A DNA stretch of 64,000 bases from Bacteroidales bacterium (GTDB lineage: Bacteria; Bacteroidota; Bacteroidia; Bacteroidales; UBA12077): positions 17,196-81,195 of the forward strand of contig JAIORB010000068.1 of NCBI GenBank assembly GCA_021108325.1, written 5' to 3'. Positions 36,190 through 45,750 of the stretch are shown one piece after another. Below the pieces are notes generated by a model. It searched no databases. It had not been told where the DNA came from and saw only the letters and a program-made list of their open reading frames with translations. Every line of letters starts with the position of its first letter. The stretch's first letter is position 1. The position numbers were made by a program, and so were the translations under genes.

Positions 36190-37068
36190 TTAAATTGAAA
36201 GGATTTCAATGTTTTTGGCAATTTTTCCCATTAGCCAACGTGGTGATGATGTAGCTCCACAAATCCCGATTGAATTAGCATTTTTAAACCAATCCGCATT
36301 GAGCTCATCGACATCTGAAACAAAATAGGTGTTTGGGTTTTCTTCTTTACATACCTGGTAAAGCATTTTGCCATTAGAGCTTTTTTGCCCGCTAACGAAG
36401 ATAATTACATCATGTTTTTTTACAAATTCGTGTAGTTGTGGCTGACGATGCGAAACTTGTCTGCAAATAGTATCATTGGCAATGAATTCAACATCTTCTT
36501 TGCCCTGAGCTGCAATCATACGTTTTTTAATTTCATCCTGAATTTCGTAGAAACCATCAATATTTTTTGTTGTCTGAGAAAACAGGTTGATAGGTTTAGC
36601 AAAATCTATTTTGTCCAAATCTTCGATTTCACCAATAACTATTGCTTCGTTGTTGGTTTGTCCAACCAGCCCATTTACTTCAGCATGACCTTCTTTTCCG
36701 TAAATTACAACTTGCCCGCCCTTTTTTAATATGGCGTCAAATCCTAACTTAATATTATTTTGAAGTTTTAGTACAACCGGACATGATGCATCGATTAATT
36801 GTATGTTATTTTTGATTGCTGTTTCGTAAGTTTCAGGTGGTTCGCCATGAGCTCGTAAAAGAACTTTGCAGTTTTTAAGTGTTTTAAATTGTTTATGGTC
36901 GATGGTAACAAGGCCTTTTTTATTTAATCGTTCCACTTCGGCACTATTATGTACAATATCACCTAAACAATATAAAGTTTCGTTTCGGTCAAGTTCCATT
37001 TCTGCAAGTTGAATGGCATTTACAACACCAAAACAAAAACCTGAATTACTATCAATCTCAATTTTCAT
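36190..37068 (-). CDS. ispH: 4-hydroxy-3-methylbut-2-enyl diphosphate reductase
   Basis: N-terminal GFCFGV, conserved Cys and His positions, 292 aa. Confidence 0.95.
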   Translation of the reverse strand: MKIEIDSNSGFCFGVVNAIQLAEMELDRNETLYCLGDIVHNSAEVERLNKKGLVTIDHKQFKTLKNCKVLLRAHGEPPETYETAIKNNIQLIDASCPVVLKLQNNIKLGFDAILKKGGQVVIYGKEGHAEVNGLVGQTNNEAIVIGEIEDLDKIDFAKPINLFSQTTKNIDGFYEIQDEIKKRMIAAQGKEDVEFIANDTICRQVSHRQPQLHEFVKKHDVIIFVSGQKSSNGKMLYQVCKEENPNTYFVSDVDELNADWFKNANSIGICGATSSPRWLMGKIAKNIEILSI

Positions 37069-37084
37069 TACTTAAAGCAAAAGA

Positions 37085-37840
37085 TTAATTAATACGTTCC
37101 TTAACTAAACCAATAATCCAGTCTAATTGTTCTTGTTTGTTAATATTACTGTTGTTTAACTCAATAGCATCCTGTGCTTTTTTTAGAGGACTTGTATCAC
37201 GTGTCTCGTCAATATAATCGCGCTTTTCAATATTCTTCAGAATTTCTTCGTAGCTTACATCAACATTTTTTTCTTTTAATTCCAAATATCTTCTTTCAGC
37301 TCTTATTTGTGCTTTGGCATTCATGAAGATTTTCAATTCAGCATTGGGAAAAACTACAGTTCCAATATCGCGGCCATCCATTACAATACCTTTTTCTTTT
37401 CCCATTTCTTGCTGAAAGCTCACCATTTTTTCGCGAACAAATCTAATTTTACTTATAAAGCTAACATTGTTGGAAACATTCATTTCGCGAATCTCATCTT
37501 CTACGTTTTCATTGTTCAGGTAAGTTTCCTGTCTGTTTCTTTCTGTACTATTTCTGAAATCAATCTTAATCTGCTTAATCAGATCTTGAAGTTTTTTTTC
37601 ATCTACCTGATGGTTGCTATCATTAATCAAGTTATTTCTTAGAGCGAATAAGGTTACTGCCCGGTACATTGCTCCGCTGTCGATATATTTATAATTTAAT
37701 ATTTTGGCAATTTCTTTTGCCAGTGTACTTTTTCCTGATGATGAGTAACCGTCAATGGCTATAATTATTTTTTTATCTGATTTAATCATTCTGAATTTGA
37801 TTTGAGCATCAAAGGTAAATCCAAAAATGTCATTTGACAA
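37085..37840 (-). CDS. cmk: (d)CMP kinase
   Basis: P-loop IAIDGYSSSGKST. The true start is probably the internal Met at 37789 (MIKSDKKIIIAIDG). Confidence 0.9.
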   Translation of the reverse strand: MSNDIFGFTFDAQIKFRMIKSDKKIIIAIDGYSSSGKSTLAKEIAKILNYKYIDSGAMYRAVTLFALRNNLINDSNHQVDEKKLQDLIKQIKIDFRNSTERNRQETYLNNENVEDEIREMNVSNNVSFISKIRFVREKMVSFQQEMGKEKGIVMDGRDIGTVVFPNAELKIFMNAKAQIRAERRYLELKEKNVDVSYEEILKNIEKRDYIDETRDTSPLKKAQDAIELNNSNINKQEQLDWIIGLVKERIN

Positions 37841-37868
37841 ATTCTTTTATCAACCTTAAAAGGAAATT

Positions 37869-38927
37869 TTATAGATTTTTCCTGAAACTATCTAAGTTTG
37901 TGCTTATTGAAAAATGATCAGAAGCTCCTGCTAAATGATAAGTAGCACGACCATAACTCAAGTGGAATTTTGAAATTTTAACTCCAAATCCCCAGGAGAA
38001 TCCTATGGTTGAAGTTTTTGACTCGATTAACATTTCCTGTCTTCGACGATAATTATATCCTGCTCTCAGATATAAATTATTTATCGGGCTAAATTCAACT
38101 CCAAGCAAGATATGACGCATAAACTGATCAGCAATTTTATCTATAGTTGATTCAGAAGTTTCCTGGCCTGATAATGGATCTAAATTAGATTCATCTTCAG
38201 GTTTATCATAAGTTAAATCCCACTTTTCTAAATGATCGAAAGTGACTGAAAATCTTAAAGGTGCATGTTTTAGTTTTTGCGATATTCCCATCTGAATATT
38301 AAATGGCAAGGCTTCTTTTTCATCGGTATATCCTTTTAGTTGGGTGCCAAGATTTTTTACAACAAGCGCAGCAGAAAAAAGACTTTGTGGCTTATTATAA
38401 ATTACACCAAAGTCAGCCGCTATTCCCAATGATGTATACTTTTCAAGAGTTGAAATTATTGGCTTAACATTAACACCTACTCTAAAACTACTGTCAATAG
38501 ATCGGGAGTAAATCAAATTTATAGCATATTCAGCAGCTTTAAATTCCCCGGTTACGATTCCTTTTTCATCGGCAGCAATAAATTTCCCGTAATTGATGTA
38601 TTGAATACCGCCGGAGAAAATACCATTATCTTTTATATTTGTTGCATAAGCTGCATAACCATAATTAATATCAGTAAAATAATTTACATAATTAAGAACC
38701 ATGTCCTGGTTCATTTTCGGATTAAGTAAAGCAGGGTTATGAAAGCTTAAATTAAAATCATTGTCATTAATAGCAATAACATCACCACCAAATGAAGCAA
38801 CTCTTGCCGAATTAATTAAATTAAGAAAATCGTATGTATGGGTACCACCAATTTGTGCGCTTAATTGAAGCGAAAAAACACTAATGAAAATGGCAAACAA
38901 CAATTTCTTCATCGGGCAAAAATACAA
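37869..38927 (-). CDS. porQ: PorQ-like type IX secretion outer-membrane beta-barrel
   Basis: Signal peptide (the start is more likely at 38912, MKKLLF). N-terminal block GGTHTYDFLNLINSARVASFGG resembles PorQ as I recall it. Adjacency to cmk-ispH matches my memory of Porphyromonas, which I have not verified. Confidence 0.55.
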   Translation of the reverse strand: MYFCPMKKLLFAIFISVFSLQLSAQIGGTHTYDFLNLINSARVASFGGDVIAINDNDFNLSFHNPALLNPKMNQDMVLNYVNYFTDINYGYAAYATNIKDNGIFSGGIQYINYGKFIAADEKGIVTGEFKAAEYAINLIYSRSIDSSFRVGVNVKPIISTLEKYTSLGIAADFGVIYNKPQSLFSAALVVKNLGTQLKGYTDEKEALPFNIQMGISQKLKHAPLRFSVTFDHLEKWDLTYDKPEDESNLDPLSGQETSESTIDKIADQFMRHILLGVEFSPINNLYLRAGYNYRRRQEMLIESKTSTIGFSWGFGVKISKFHLSYGRATYHLAGASDHFSISTNLDSFRKNL

Positions 38928-39172
38928 ATAATGAGATAATGATTAATATGTAAAATAAGTTTTGAGCATATTAAGTTTTAAACGTGATTGTTTTTATCTT
39001 ATTATTCGAAATCGAAAAATCAAAAATTAATATAGGTCGATAAATAATTGAAATAAACTAATTTTTAATATTTCAGTTAAAGATTTCATCAAAATTGTTT
39101 TTTAAAAATCATGTTCATAGTTACCTTTGTCGAGTTTTAGAGATTGTTTTTAAGCTGTAGAAATTTGTGGAG

Positions 39173-40048
39173 ATGAGAGAGAAGATTTTATTTGTTATAA
39201 ATCCTGTGTCAGGTAATAAATCTAAAGATTATATTCCTAACCTGATTAAACAAAAGTTTAATGTGAATGAGTATGATGTAAAAATCATTACTACCCGGTT
39301 TGCAGGTGAAGCAACACAGCTGGTAAAACAATATGTAAATAAAGAATACAAAAAAGTAGTTGCCGTAGGTGGTGACGGAACAGTAAACGAAGTCGCTTCA
39401 GCTATTGTTGAAACAGATGCAATTCTTGGAATTGTTCCTTTCGGTTCGGGTAATGGATTAGCACGCCATTTGAAAATTCCTTTGAAGCCTCAAAAAGCAT
39501 TAGACTTGATAAAAGAAGGAAATCACATTAAAATTGATTACGGTAAAATTAACGATCGGAAATTCTTTTGCACAACTGGTGTAGGTTTTGATGCACATAT
39601 TGGTCATGTGTTTTCAAAATTAGATGGACGAGGATTCGCTAATTATATTAAAGCGACTGTTTCGGAGTTTCGAAGATATCAGCCTAAAAGATATGAAATT
39701 TCAATGAATGGTACTACAATTATGCGAGATGCATTTTTAATAACATTTGCAAACGCATCGCAATATGGAAATAATGCTCATATTGCCCCAAAGGCAGATA
39801 TTAATGACGGGAAATTAGAAATTGCAATTATGCGTTCTTTCCCCCTAATTACTGCCCCCGGAATTGGAGCAAGGCTTTTTCTTAAAAATATTGATAAAAG
39901 TGCTTATCTTGAGACCTATCAATGTAAAAGCATTATTGTAAAACGAAAAGCTCCTGGTGTTATTCATTATGATGGAGAACCCGAAGAAATGGACGAAGTC
40001 CTCAATATAAAAGTTATTCCTGATGGTTTAAATGTTTTCGTAAATTAA
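39173..40048 (+). CDS. diacylglycerol-kinase-family lipid kinase (YegS/BmrU type)
   Basis: GGDGTVNEV and GSGNG motifs. I prefer the ATG at 39173 to the GTG at 39167. Confidence 0.85.
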   Translation: MREKILFVINPVSGNKSKDYIPNLIKQKFNVNEYDVKIITTRFAGEATQLVKQYVNKEYKKVVAVGGDGTVNEVASAIVETDAILGIVPFGSGNGLARHLKIPLKPQKALDLIKEGNHIKIDYGKINDRKFFCTTGVGFDAHIGHVFSKLDGRGFANYIKATVSEFRRYQPKRYEISMNGTTIMRDAFLITFANASQYGNNAHIAPKADINDGKLEIAIMRSFPLITAPGIGARLFLKNIDKSAYLETYQCKSIIVKRKAPGVIHYDGEPEEMDEVLNIKVIPDGLNVFVN

Positions 40049-40054
40049 CCCGCA

Positions 40055-40084
40055 TTATTCATGAAATTTTATAAACATGAATAA
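40055..40084 (+). terminator. 9-bp AT-rich hairpin after the lipid kinase gene
   Basis: ttattcatg-N12-catgaataa, 7 nt after the stop codon, with no U-tract. Confidence 0.3.
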
Positions 40085-40189
40085 AATGGGGGTTAATCCC
40101 GACTTAGAAGAACTTATTTTTGAGCATCAAAAATATTAGTGAATTTTAGTCGCTGTCGGAGACAGGAGAAATTCTATGAATTTTTCGGG

Positions 40190-40699
40190 TTAAAATTCTT
40201 TTTTTCTTTTCTTTAACTTTTCTACCACATCGAAAACAGCCGGGCATACTTCAGTATTTTTTAATGTAAGATTTAAAATTTGATAAAATCGTTTACGATC
40301 GGTATGCGGATATTCTCTGCAAGCTTTCGGACGACTTTCATAAGCAATACAATAATTATCAGGAAGCAAAAAAGGACATGGAGTTTGTTTAAATACGTAA
40401 TCACCGTCTTCATCTATATTAAGATACTCATCAATAAATTGTGTAGATTTTATTTTAAAATACCTGGACAATCTTTCTACATCTTTGTCGTATAAAGTCG
40501 GACTGATTGATTTACAGCAATTGGCACAATCCAAACAATTAATTTCTCGGAAAACTTCGTCATGCAATTGGTGAACAACTTTATCCAGGTTTTTAGGTTT
40601 CTTTTTACGAAGTTTTGCAAAAAAAGATTTTGTTTCAGGCGCAAGCTTTATTGCTTTATCTCGAAGTTCCGATAAAGATATTTTATATAAAATACTCAT
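40190..40699 (-). CDS. YkgJ-family cysteine-cluster protein
   Basis: CLDCANCCK motif plus a second Cys set (CPFL...C...C). Confidence 0.75.
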   Translation of the reverse strand: MSILYKISLSELRDKAIKLAPETKSFFAKLRKKKPKNLDKVVHQLHDEVFREINCLDCANCCKSISPTLYDKDVERLSRYFKIKSTQFIDEYLNIDEDGDYVFKQTPCPFLLPDNYCIAYESRPKACREYPHTDRKRFYQILNLTLKNTEVCPAVFDVVEKLKKRKKEF

Positions 40700-41622
40700 T
40701 ATTCGCTTGGTCTTATATATGTACGAATTCTTTCGCGTAAACCAGATGTTTTTATTTGAGATAAAAACAAACCACCAATAACCAGAGAGATTCCGGTAAT
40801 TTTATTAACATTTAAAATTTCGTCTAATACAAAATAAGCAATTATTGCTGTAATAACAGGAATCAAATTTGTAAATGCGTTGGCTTTGCCAATTCCGATT
40901 CGTTGGATTGAAAAAGTAAAAAATATAAATGCGAAAGATGATCCGAAAATAGCTAATTCTAGCAAAGGAATCCATGCTTCAGAAGAAAATCCGGCAGCTT
41001 TAAATTCCGGGAAATCGATAATAAAAAACAATGGTGCAAAAAGAAAAATGCCTATAAAATTATGGTAAGTTACAATACTTGTCGGGTTGTATTTTACTGA
41101 TAGTTTTTTAATTACCAGTGAATAGCCAATGGTAGCAGCAACTGCAAATGACAACATTCCTATTCCAAATACCGATGCATCAATATTATTTCCTTTATTG
41201 AATATAACTATGCCAACACCAAATATTGAGACTATTACACCTAAGATATTCATTTTTGTAATTTTCTCATTTAAAAAGTATGCAGAAGTAAAAGATGTGA
41301 AGAGAGGAATTGTTGAAATCATTACCGCTGCAATCGTTGTTGATACATGTTTAATGCCATAACTTTCTCCTAAAAAATAAAGAAGTGGATTAAAAATGGC
41401 TACAAGTAAAAAATATTTAAAATCACCTTTTCTTATTTTTTGCAGTTTTTTTAATGGATACATTAATACAAAAAGAAAAATTGAAGAAATGATTAATCTG
41501 AAGAATACTACAGTTATCGGATTGTAAAATTCATAAACAACTTTATACCAGATAAAGGTATAACTCCAAAAAACCATTGCCAGGATTACGGCTATATATG
41601 CTGTAAAATTGTTTTGTTTCAT
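40699..41622 (-). CDS. EamA/DMT-family transporter
   Basis: Ten TM helices arranged as two EamA repeats. The stop overlaps the downstream start. Confidence 0.85.
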   Translation of the reverse strand: MKQNNFTAYIAVILAMVFWSYTFIWYKVVYEFYNPITVVFFRLIISSIFLFVLMYPLKKLQKIRKGDFKYFLLVAIFNPLLYFLGESYGIKHVSTTIAAVMISTIPLFTSFTSAYFLNEKITKMNILGVIVSIFGVGIVIFNKGNNIDASVFGIGMLSFAVAATIGYSLVIKKLSVKYNPTSIVTYHNFIGIFLFAPLFFIIDFPEFKAAGFSSEAWIPLLELAIFGSSFAFIFFTFSIQRIGIGKANAFTNLIPVITAIIAYFVLDEILNVNKITGISLVIGGLFLSQIKTSGLRERIRTYIRPSE

Positions 41623-41734
41623 TATTGTATTTCAGCTTCCTTAAATAGTTGTTAAATCGGGGCCGCAAGGTATAGCTTTTTATCAGGAATTTTGTAATAA
41701 CTTTGCTAATAATAAAGCCTGAAATTTTATTAAT

Positions 41735-42934
41735 ATGAGATGTAGTAAAATGTACTATTATAAAAAACATCAAAACAAAAAGGAGCCAATATTTAATCTG
41801 GATAAAATTATAGAATTAAGGCATGAACTACATCAAAACCCAGAATTGTCGGATAGTGAATTTATAACAGCAGAGCGAATTGCAAATTTTTTATCTTATT
41901 ATAATCCTCCTGAATTAATACGTGGAATTGGAGGTAATGGAATAGCTTGTATTTTTAAAGGACAGGAAGACGGACCATCGATTTTATTCCGTTGCGATAT
42001 GGATGCATTGCCTATAGATGAAACAAATGATTTTGAATATAAATCGAAAGAAAAGGGCGTGTCTCATAGTTGTGGTCACGATGGTCACATGGCAATTATT
42101 GCAGGCTTAGCAGATGTATTTTTAAAGAATCCACCCCGGAAAGGGCAAGTTGTTTTGCTGTTCCAGCCTTCAGAAGAAAATGGGCAGGGAGCTTTAAGGG
42201 TTGTAAATGACAAAAAATTTATAAATTTAAAGATAGATTACGCTTTTGCCTTGCATAATTTACCGGGATACTCAAAAGGTGAAATTATTTTGCGAAACGA
42301 AACTTTCACCTCTGCATCAAAAGGCATGATTATTAAACTTTATGGAAAAACATCGCACGCTGCAGAGCCGGAAAATGGGAATAGTCCTGCCATTGCTATG
42401 GCAGATATAATAAAACAATTAAATGATTTACCTAAAAATCAAGATTTATTTTCGGATTTTATTTTAGTAACAATAATTCATGCTCGTTTAGGAGAGATTG
42501 CTTTTGGAACTACTCCTGGTTATGCTCAGGTAATGGCGACATTACGCACGAATACCAATAGCGATATGCAAAACTTAACCCAACAAGCTGAAACAGTGGT
42601 TAAGCAATACTCCAAATTACATAATCTGGAATTTGAGATATCTTATACAGAGGAATTTCCGGCAACAGAAAATAATACAAAACTTATTATGAAACTTGAG
42701 GAGGTAACAAAGTCTAATGGTATGAATTTTACATATCTAGATAAACCTTTTCGTTGGTCAGAAGATTTTGCGTATTTTACACAGAAGTATCAGGGAGCAT
42801 TGTTTGGCTTGGGTTCAGGAATTAATCACCCTCAATTGCATAATTCCAATTATGATTTTCCGGATGATATTATAGAAAAAGGAGTTAAAATGTTTCATGA
42901 AATATATAAGCATATTGTTAATAATTTTAAATAA
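41735..42934 (+). CDS. M20-family amidohydrolase (N-acyl-amino acid amidohydrolase type)
   Basis: HSCGHDGH and FQPSEE metal-binding motifs. The exact start is uncertain (Met at 41735 or 41750). Confidence 0.8.
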   Translation: MRCSKMYYYKKHQNKKEPIFNLDKIIELRHELHQNPELSDSEFITAERIANFLSYYNPPELIRGIGGNGIACIFKGQEDGPSILFRCDMDALPIDETNDFEYKSKEKGVSHSCGHDGHMAIIAGLADVFLKNPPRKGQVVLLFQPSEENGQGALRVVNDKKFINLKIDYAFALHNLPGYSKGEIILRNETFTSASKGMIIKLYGKTSHAAEPENGNSPAIAMADIIKQLNDLPKNQDLFSDFILVTIIHARLGEIAFGTTPGYAQVMATLRTNTNSDMQNLTQQAETVVKQYSKLHNLEFEISYTEEFPATENNTKLIMKLEEVTKSNGMNFTYLDKPFRWSEDFAYFTQKYQGALFGLGSGINHPQLHNSNYDFPDDIIEKGVKMFHEIYKHIVNNFK

Positions 42935-43184
42935 ATAAAAATTTATCTCTTTATTTAAAACATTTTGGGCATTATTCTCGTTAGACAATAAGCAACTAAA
43001 TTCAATTATTGTTTTTGATTCCAAAAAAAAATTGTTTCTTTGCATAATTTTTCGTATAGTTGTTTGTTTTGGGGTTAGGGCAAATGTCTATTACAACCAG
43101 AGTTTAGTAAATTCCTTGTTTAATATTAATGCATTATATCCCCAATTTAGCGTATAATAAATCGTTTGAAAAGGAGAGGCTGAA

Positions 43185-44045
43185 ATGAGACAGTTAAAAA
43201 TTACAAAATCTATCACTAATCGCGATAGTTCATCTCTTGAAAAATATTTACAAGATGTTGGAAAAGAGCAGATGGTAACTGCTGAAGAAGAAGTAGAATT
43301 AGCACAAAGAATTCATAAAGGAGACAGGGCTGCTTTAGAAAAATTAACGAAAGCAAACTTGCGTTTTGTTATCTCTGTAGCTAAGCAATATCAATTTCAA
43401 GGTTTGAGTCTTCCCGATTTAATTAACGAAGGTAACTTAGGATTAATTAAAGCTGCTGAGAGATTTGACGAAACTAAAGGTTTCAAATTTATATCATACG
43501 CAGTATGGTGGATTCGTCAATCTATTTTACAAGCTATAGCCGAACAATCAAGAGTTGTTCGCTTACCTTTGAATAAAGTAGGGTCATTAAATAAAATTCA
43601 TAAAGCATACTCAATCTTAGAGCAAAAATACGATCGCACTCCTACAGCAGAGGAGTTAGCCGAATATATTGATTTACCAACAGATAAGGTTCAGGATACT
43701 ATGCAACTTTCAGGTAAACCTCTCTCTGTTGATGCCCCTTTTGCCGATGGTGAGGAAGGAAGTTTATTGGATGTTATGGAAAATTTTGATTCTCCAAATG
43801 CTGATAATAGTTTATTGGAAGAATCACTTGCAAAAGAGGTTGAAAGAACTTTAAGTATTTTGCCTGAAAAAGAAAGAATGGTTTTAAGGTACTACTATGG
43901 TATTGGTGGTAAAGACTTATCTTTAGAAGAAATAGGTTACGAGCTAGGTTTAACACGAGAACGTGTTCGACAGATTAAAGAGAAGGCAATTCGCCGATTA
44001 AGACATTCTTCTAAAAATAAGCTTCTTAAGAAGTATTTGGGTTAA
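43185..44045 (+). CDS. rpoD: primary RNA polymerase sigma factor (short Bacteroidota type)
   Basis: Region 2 [18 protein letters not shown], region 4 [17 protein letters not shown], 286 aa. Confidence 0.95.
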   Translation: MRQLKITKSITNRDSSSLEKYLQDVGKEQMVTAEEEVELAQRIHKGDRAALEKLTKANLRFVISVAKQYQFQGLSLPDLINEGNLGLIKAAERFDETKGFKFISYAVWWIRQSILQAIAEQSRVVRLPLNKVGSLNKIHKAYSILEQKYDRTPTAEELAEYIDLPTDKVQDTMQLSGKPLSVDAPFADGEEGSLLDVMENFDSPNADNSLLEESLAKEVERTLSILPEKERMVLRYYYGIGGKDLSLEEIGYELGLTRERVRQIKEKAIRRLRHSSKNKLLKKYLG

Positions 44046-44065
44046 TAATTCATAATTGGCTTATT

Positions 44066-44097
44066 AAGGCTGCTCTATTTGGGGCAGCTTTTTTTGT
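44066..44097 (+). terminator. intrinsic terminator of rpoD
   Basis: aaggctgctc-tatttg-gggcagctt stem followed by a run of T's. Confidence 0.65.
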
Positions 44098-44133
44098 TAA
44101 ATTGTCTCGTCTTGAGGTTGACATAAAATTGAC

Positions 44134-44823
44134 TTATTTTCCCCGCAATATTTCTTTGATTTTATTTTCGATTGAAAGTAACAAATGAATATCTGTTTCG
44201 CCCAGAATCATTAATCGTTCCATTATACGATTATAAATATTTGAATCTTTAATAAAACCAATTTCAGAAAGAATATCTTCAGTTTTAGTTTTTAAGATGT
44301 TTAATTCAGCCTGATCAGTTTTACTGTAAGGTTTTATTTCATCATATTCCAGCATCGATAATGTATATGCATAAATCATTACCGATTGAGCAAGATTTAA
44401 TGACGGGTAAGTTGTTTTCATAGGTACGCTGGTAACAATATCACATAGTTTTAATTCTTCGTTGGTTAAACCACTTTCTTCGCGTCCAAAAACTATAGCC
44501 ATATTTTTAATACTCGATGCCTTCGCTTTAATCAATTCATTTATTTTATGCGAAGGGTAATAATCTTCGTTTACTCTTCGCTTTTTAGCCGATGTTCCTA
44601 TAATCCAGTCAATATTTTGTGTGGCCTCTTTTAATGAATTAAATACTTGTGCATTTCCCAATATTTCGTTGGAAGCATGTGCCAACCAACTTGCTTTTTC
44701 GTCTAAATGAGCTTTGGTATTTACTAATCTTAACGATGAAAAACCCATTGTTTTGATAGCACGAGCTGCAGCCCCGATATTCTCAGGTACTGCAGGTTCA
44801 ACAAGTATAAAATGAATTTGCAT
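44134..44823 (-). CDS. trmJ: SpoU/TrmH-family RNA 2'-O-methyltransferase (TrmJ-like)
   Basis: N-terminal ILVEPAVPENIGAAARAIKTMG and SPOUT motifs FGREESGL and NLAQSV. Confidence 0.75.
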   Translation of the reverse strand: MQIHFILVEPAVPENIGAAARAIKTMGFSSLRLVNTKAHLDEKASWLAHASNEILGNAQVFNSLKEATQNIDWIIGTSAKKRRVNEDYYPSHKINELIKAKASSIKNMAIVFGREESGLTNEELKLCDIVTSVPMKTTYPSLNLAQSVMIYAYTLSMLEYDEIKPYSKTDQAELNILKTKTEDILSEIGFIKDSNIYNRIMERLMILGETDIHLLLSIENKIKEILRGK

Positions 44824-44841
44824 GTTTATTTATATTTCCAA

Positions 44842-44940
44842 TGTCATTCCGGAAGAAGCGTAGCGGATATCCGGAATCTAAAAACATCCAGATTCCTGCG
44901 TTACTCGCTTCGCTCATGAGAAAAGTTCGCAGGAATGACA
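44842..44940. repeat. 99-bp four-arm palindromic element (TGTCATTCC...GGAATGACA), REP/MITE-like, copy 2
   Basis: Same termini and same internal GGAATCTA / AGATTCC landmarks as copy 1. Hairpins attccgga...tccggaat and attcctgcg...cgcaggaat. It fills the gap between the DUF2461 gene stop and the trmJ start. Confidence 0.85.
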
Positions 44941-44950
44941 ATGGTTTTAT

Positions 44951-45631
44951 TTATTCGTCTAGGCTTAAATGATAATTTATTGCGTCATTAATAAAACTGT
45001 TAAAAGGATAAAGTGCCTTAAAAGTTTCTCTAAGCTCATCAGCAAATTTATTTGATGTCACTAAATCCTCCTTAATATATTTAATTACTGTATAATGTTT
45101 ATGTTTTAATAAATCAATATCTTCAAAATCTTTAGGAAACCCTTTGGGAGCATTTTTTAACTGATCTTCGCCGGTAATTTCCTTAAAATGTTTTTTGAAG
45201 TTCTTATCATTAATAATCTTTTTAAAATCATTAGTATTTTCAAATATCTCGGTTCGCAATGCTTTTAACCTGTCAGGTGGTGGCATATAAATTCCTCCTG
45301 CCAGGAAACAGTTCTCCGGTTCAATATGTATATAATATCCTGCAAAGCCAGCATTTCTGCCTCCAGGAACAATAAACCCACCAAAATTTGTTTTATAAGG
45401 TGATTTATCTTTTGAGAACCGTATATCTCGATTTATTCTGAAAATACATTTCTTAGGATCTGTATTTTTTACTGAATCATCAAACTGAGTAATATCAACA
45501 ATGGTATGCGTAATAAGTTGCACGAACTCTTTTTTTACGAGCTGGTATGTTGGTTTATTTTCATGAAACCATTCTTTATAATTGTTTTCTTTTAAATCGT
45601 ATAAAAACTGAAGAAGATTTTTGCTTAACAT
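44951..45631 (-). CDS. DUF2461 (TIGR02453)-family protein
   Basis: NNYKEWFHENK and RINRDIRFSKDKSPYK blocks. Confidence 0.75.
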   Translation of the reverse strand: MLSKNLLQFLYDLKENNYKEWFHENKPTYQLVKKEFVQLITHTIVDITQFDDSVKNTDPKKCIFRINRDIRFSKDKSPYKTNFGGFIVPGGRNAGFAGYYIHIEPENCFLAGGIYMPPPDRLKALRTEIFENTNDFKKIINDKNFKKHFKEITGEDQLKNAPKGFPKDFEDIDLLKHKHYTVIKYIKEDLVTSNKFADELRETFKALYPFNSFINDAINYHLSLDE

Positions 45632-45750
45632 GGCATATTGTTTTTATTAGATTATAAAGATATATTATTTTCAAAACAAGATATTATCAAATCATTTGAT
45701 ATTTCTTTATCTTTACAATCGATTACCTAAAAGGTTTAAAACCAGAAGAG

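Noticed and set aside
13428-38927. The 25-kb run of almost exclusively minus-strand genes as a possible genomic island.
   Set aside because: Its content is core housekeeping (parAB, priA, ispH, cmk, msbA-like). There are no integrase, tRNA-flanked boundaries or visible compositional shift. Only the 22001-26210 sub-module shows repeat-bracketing, and that is reported separately.
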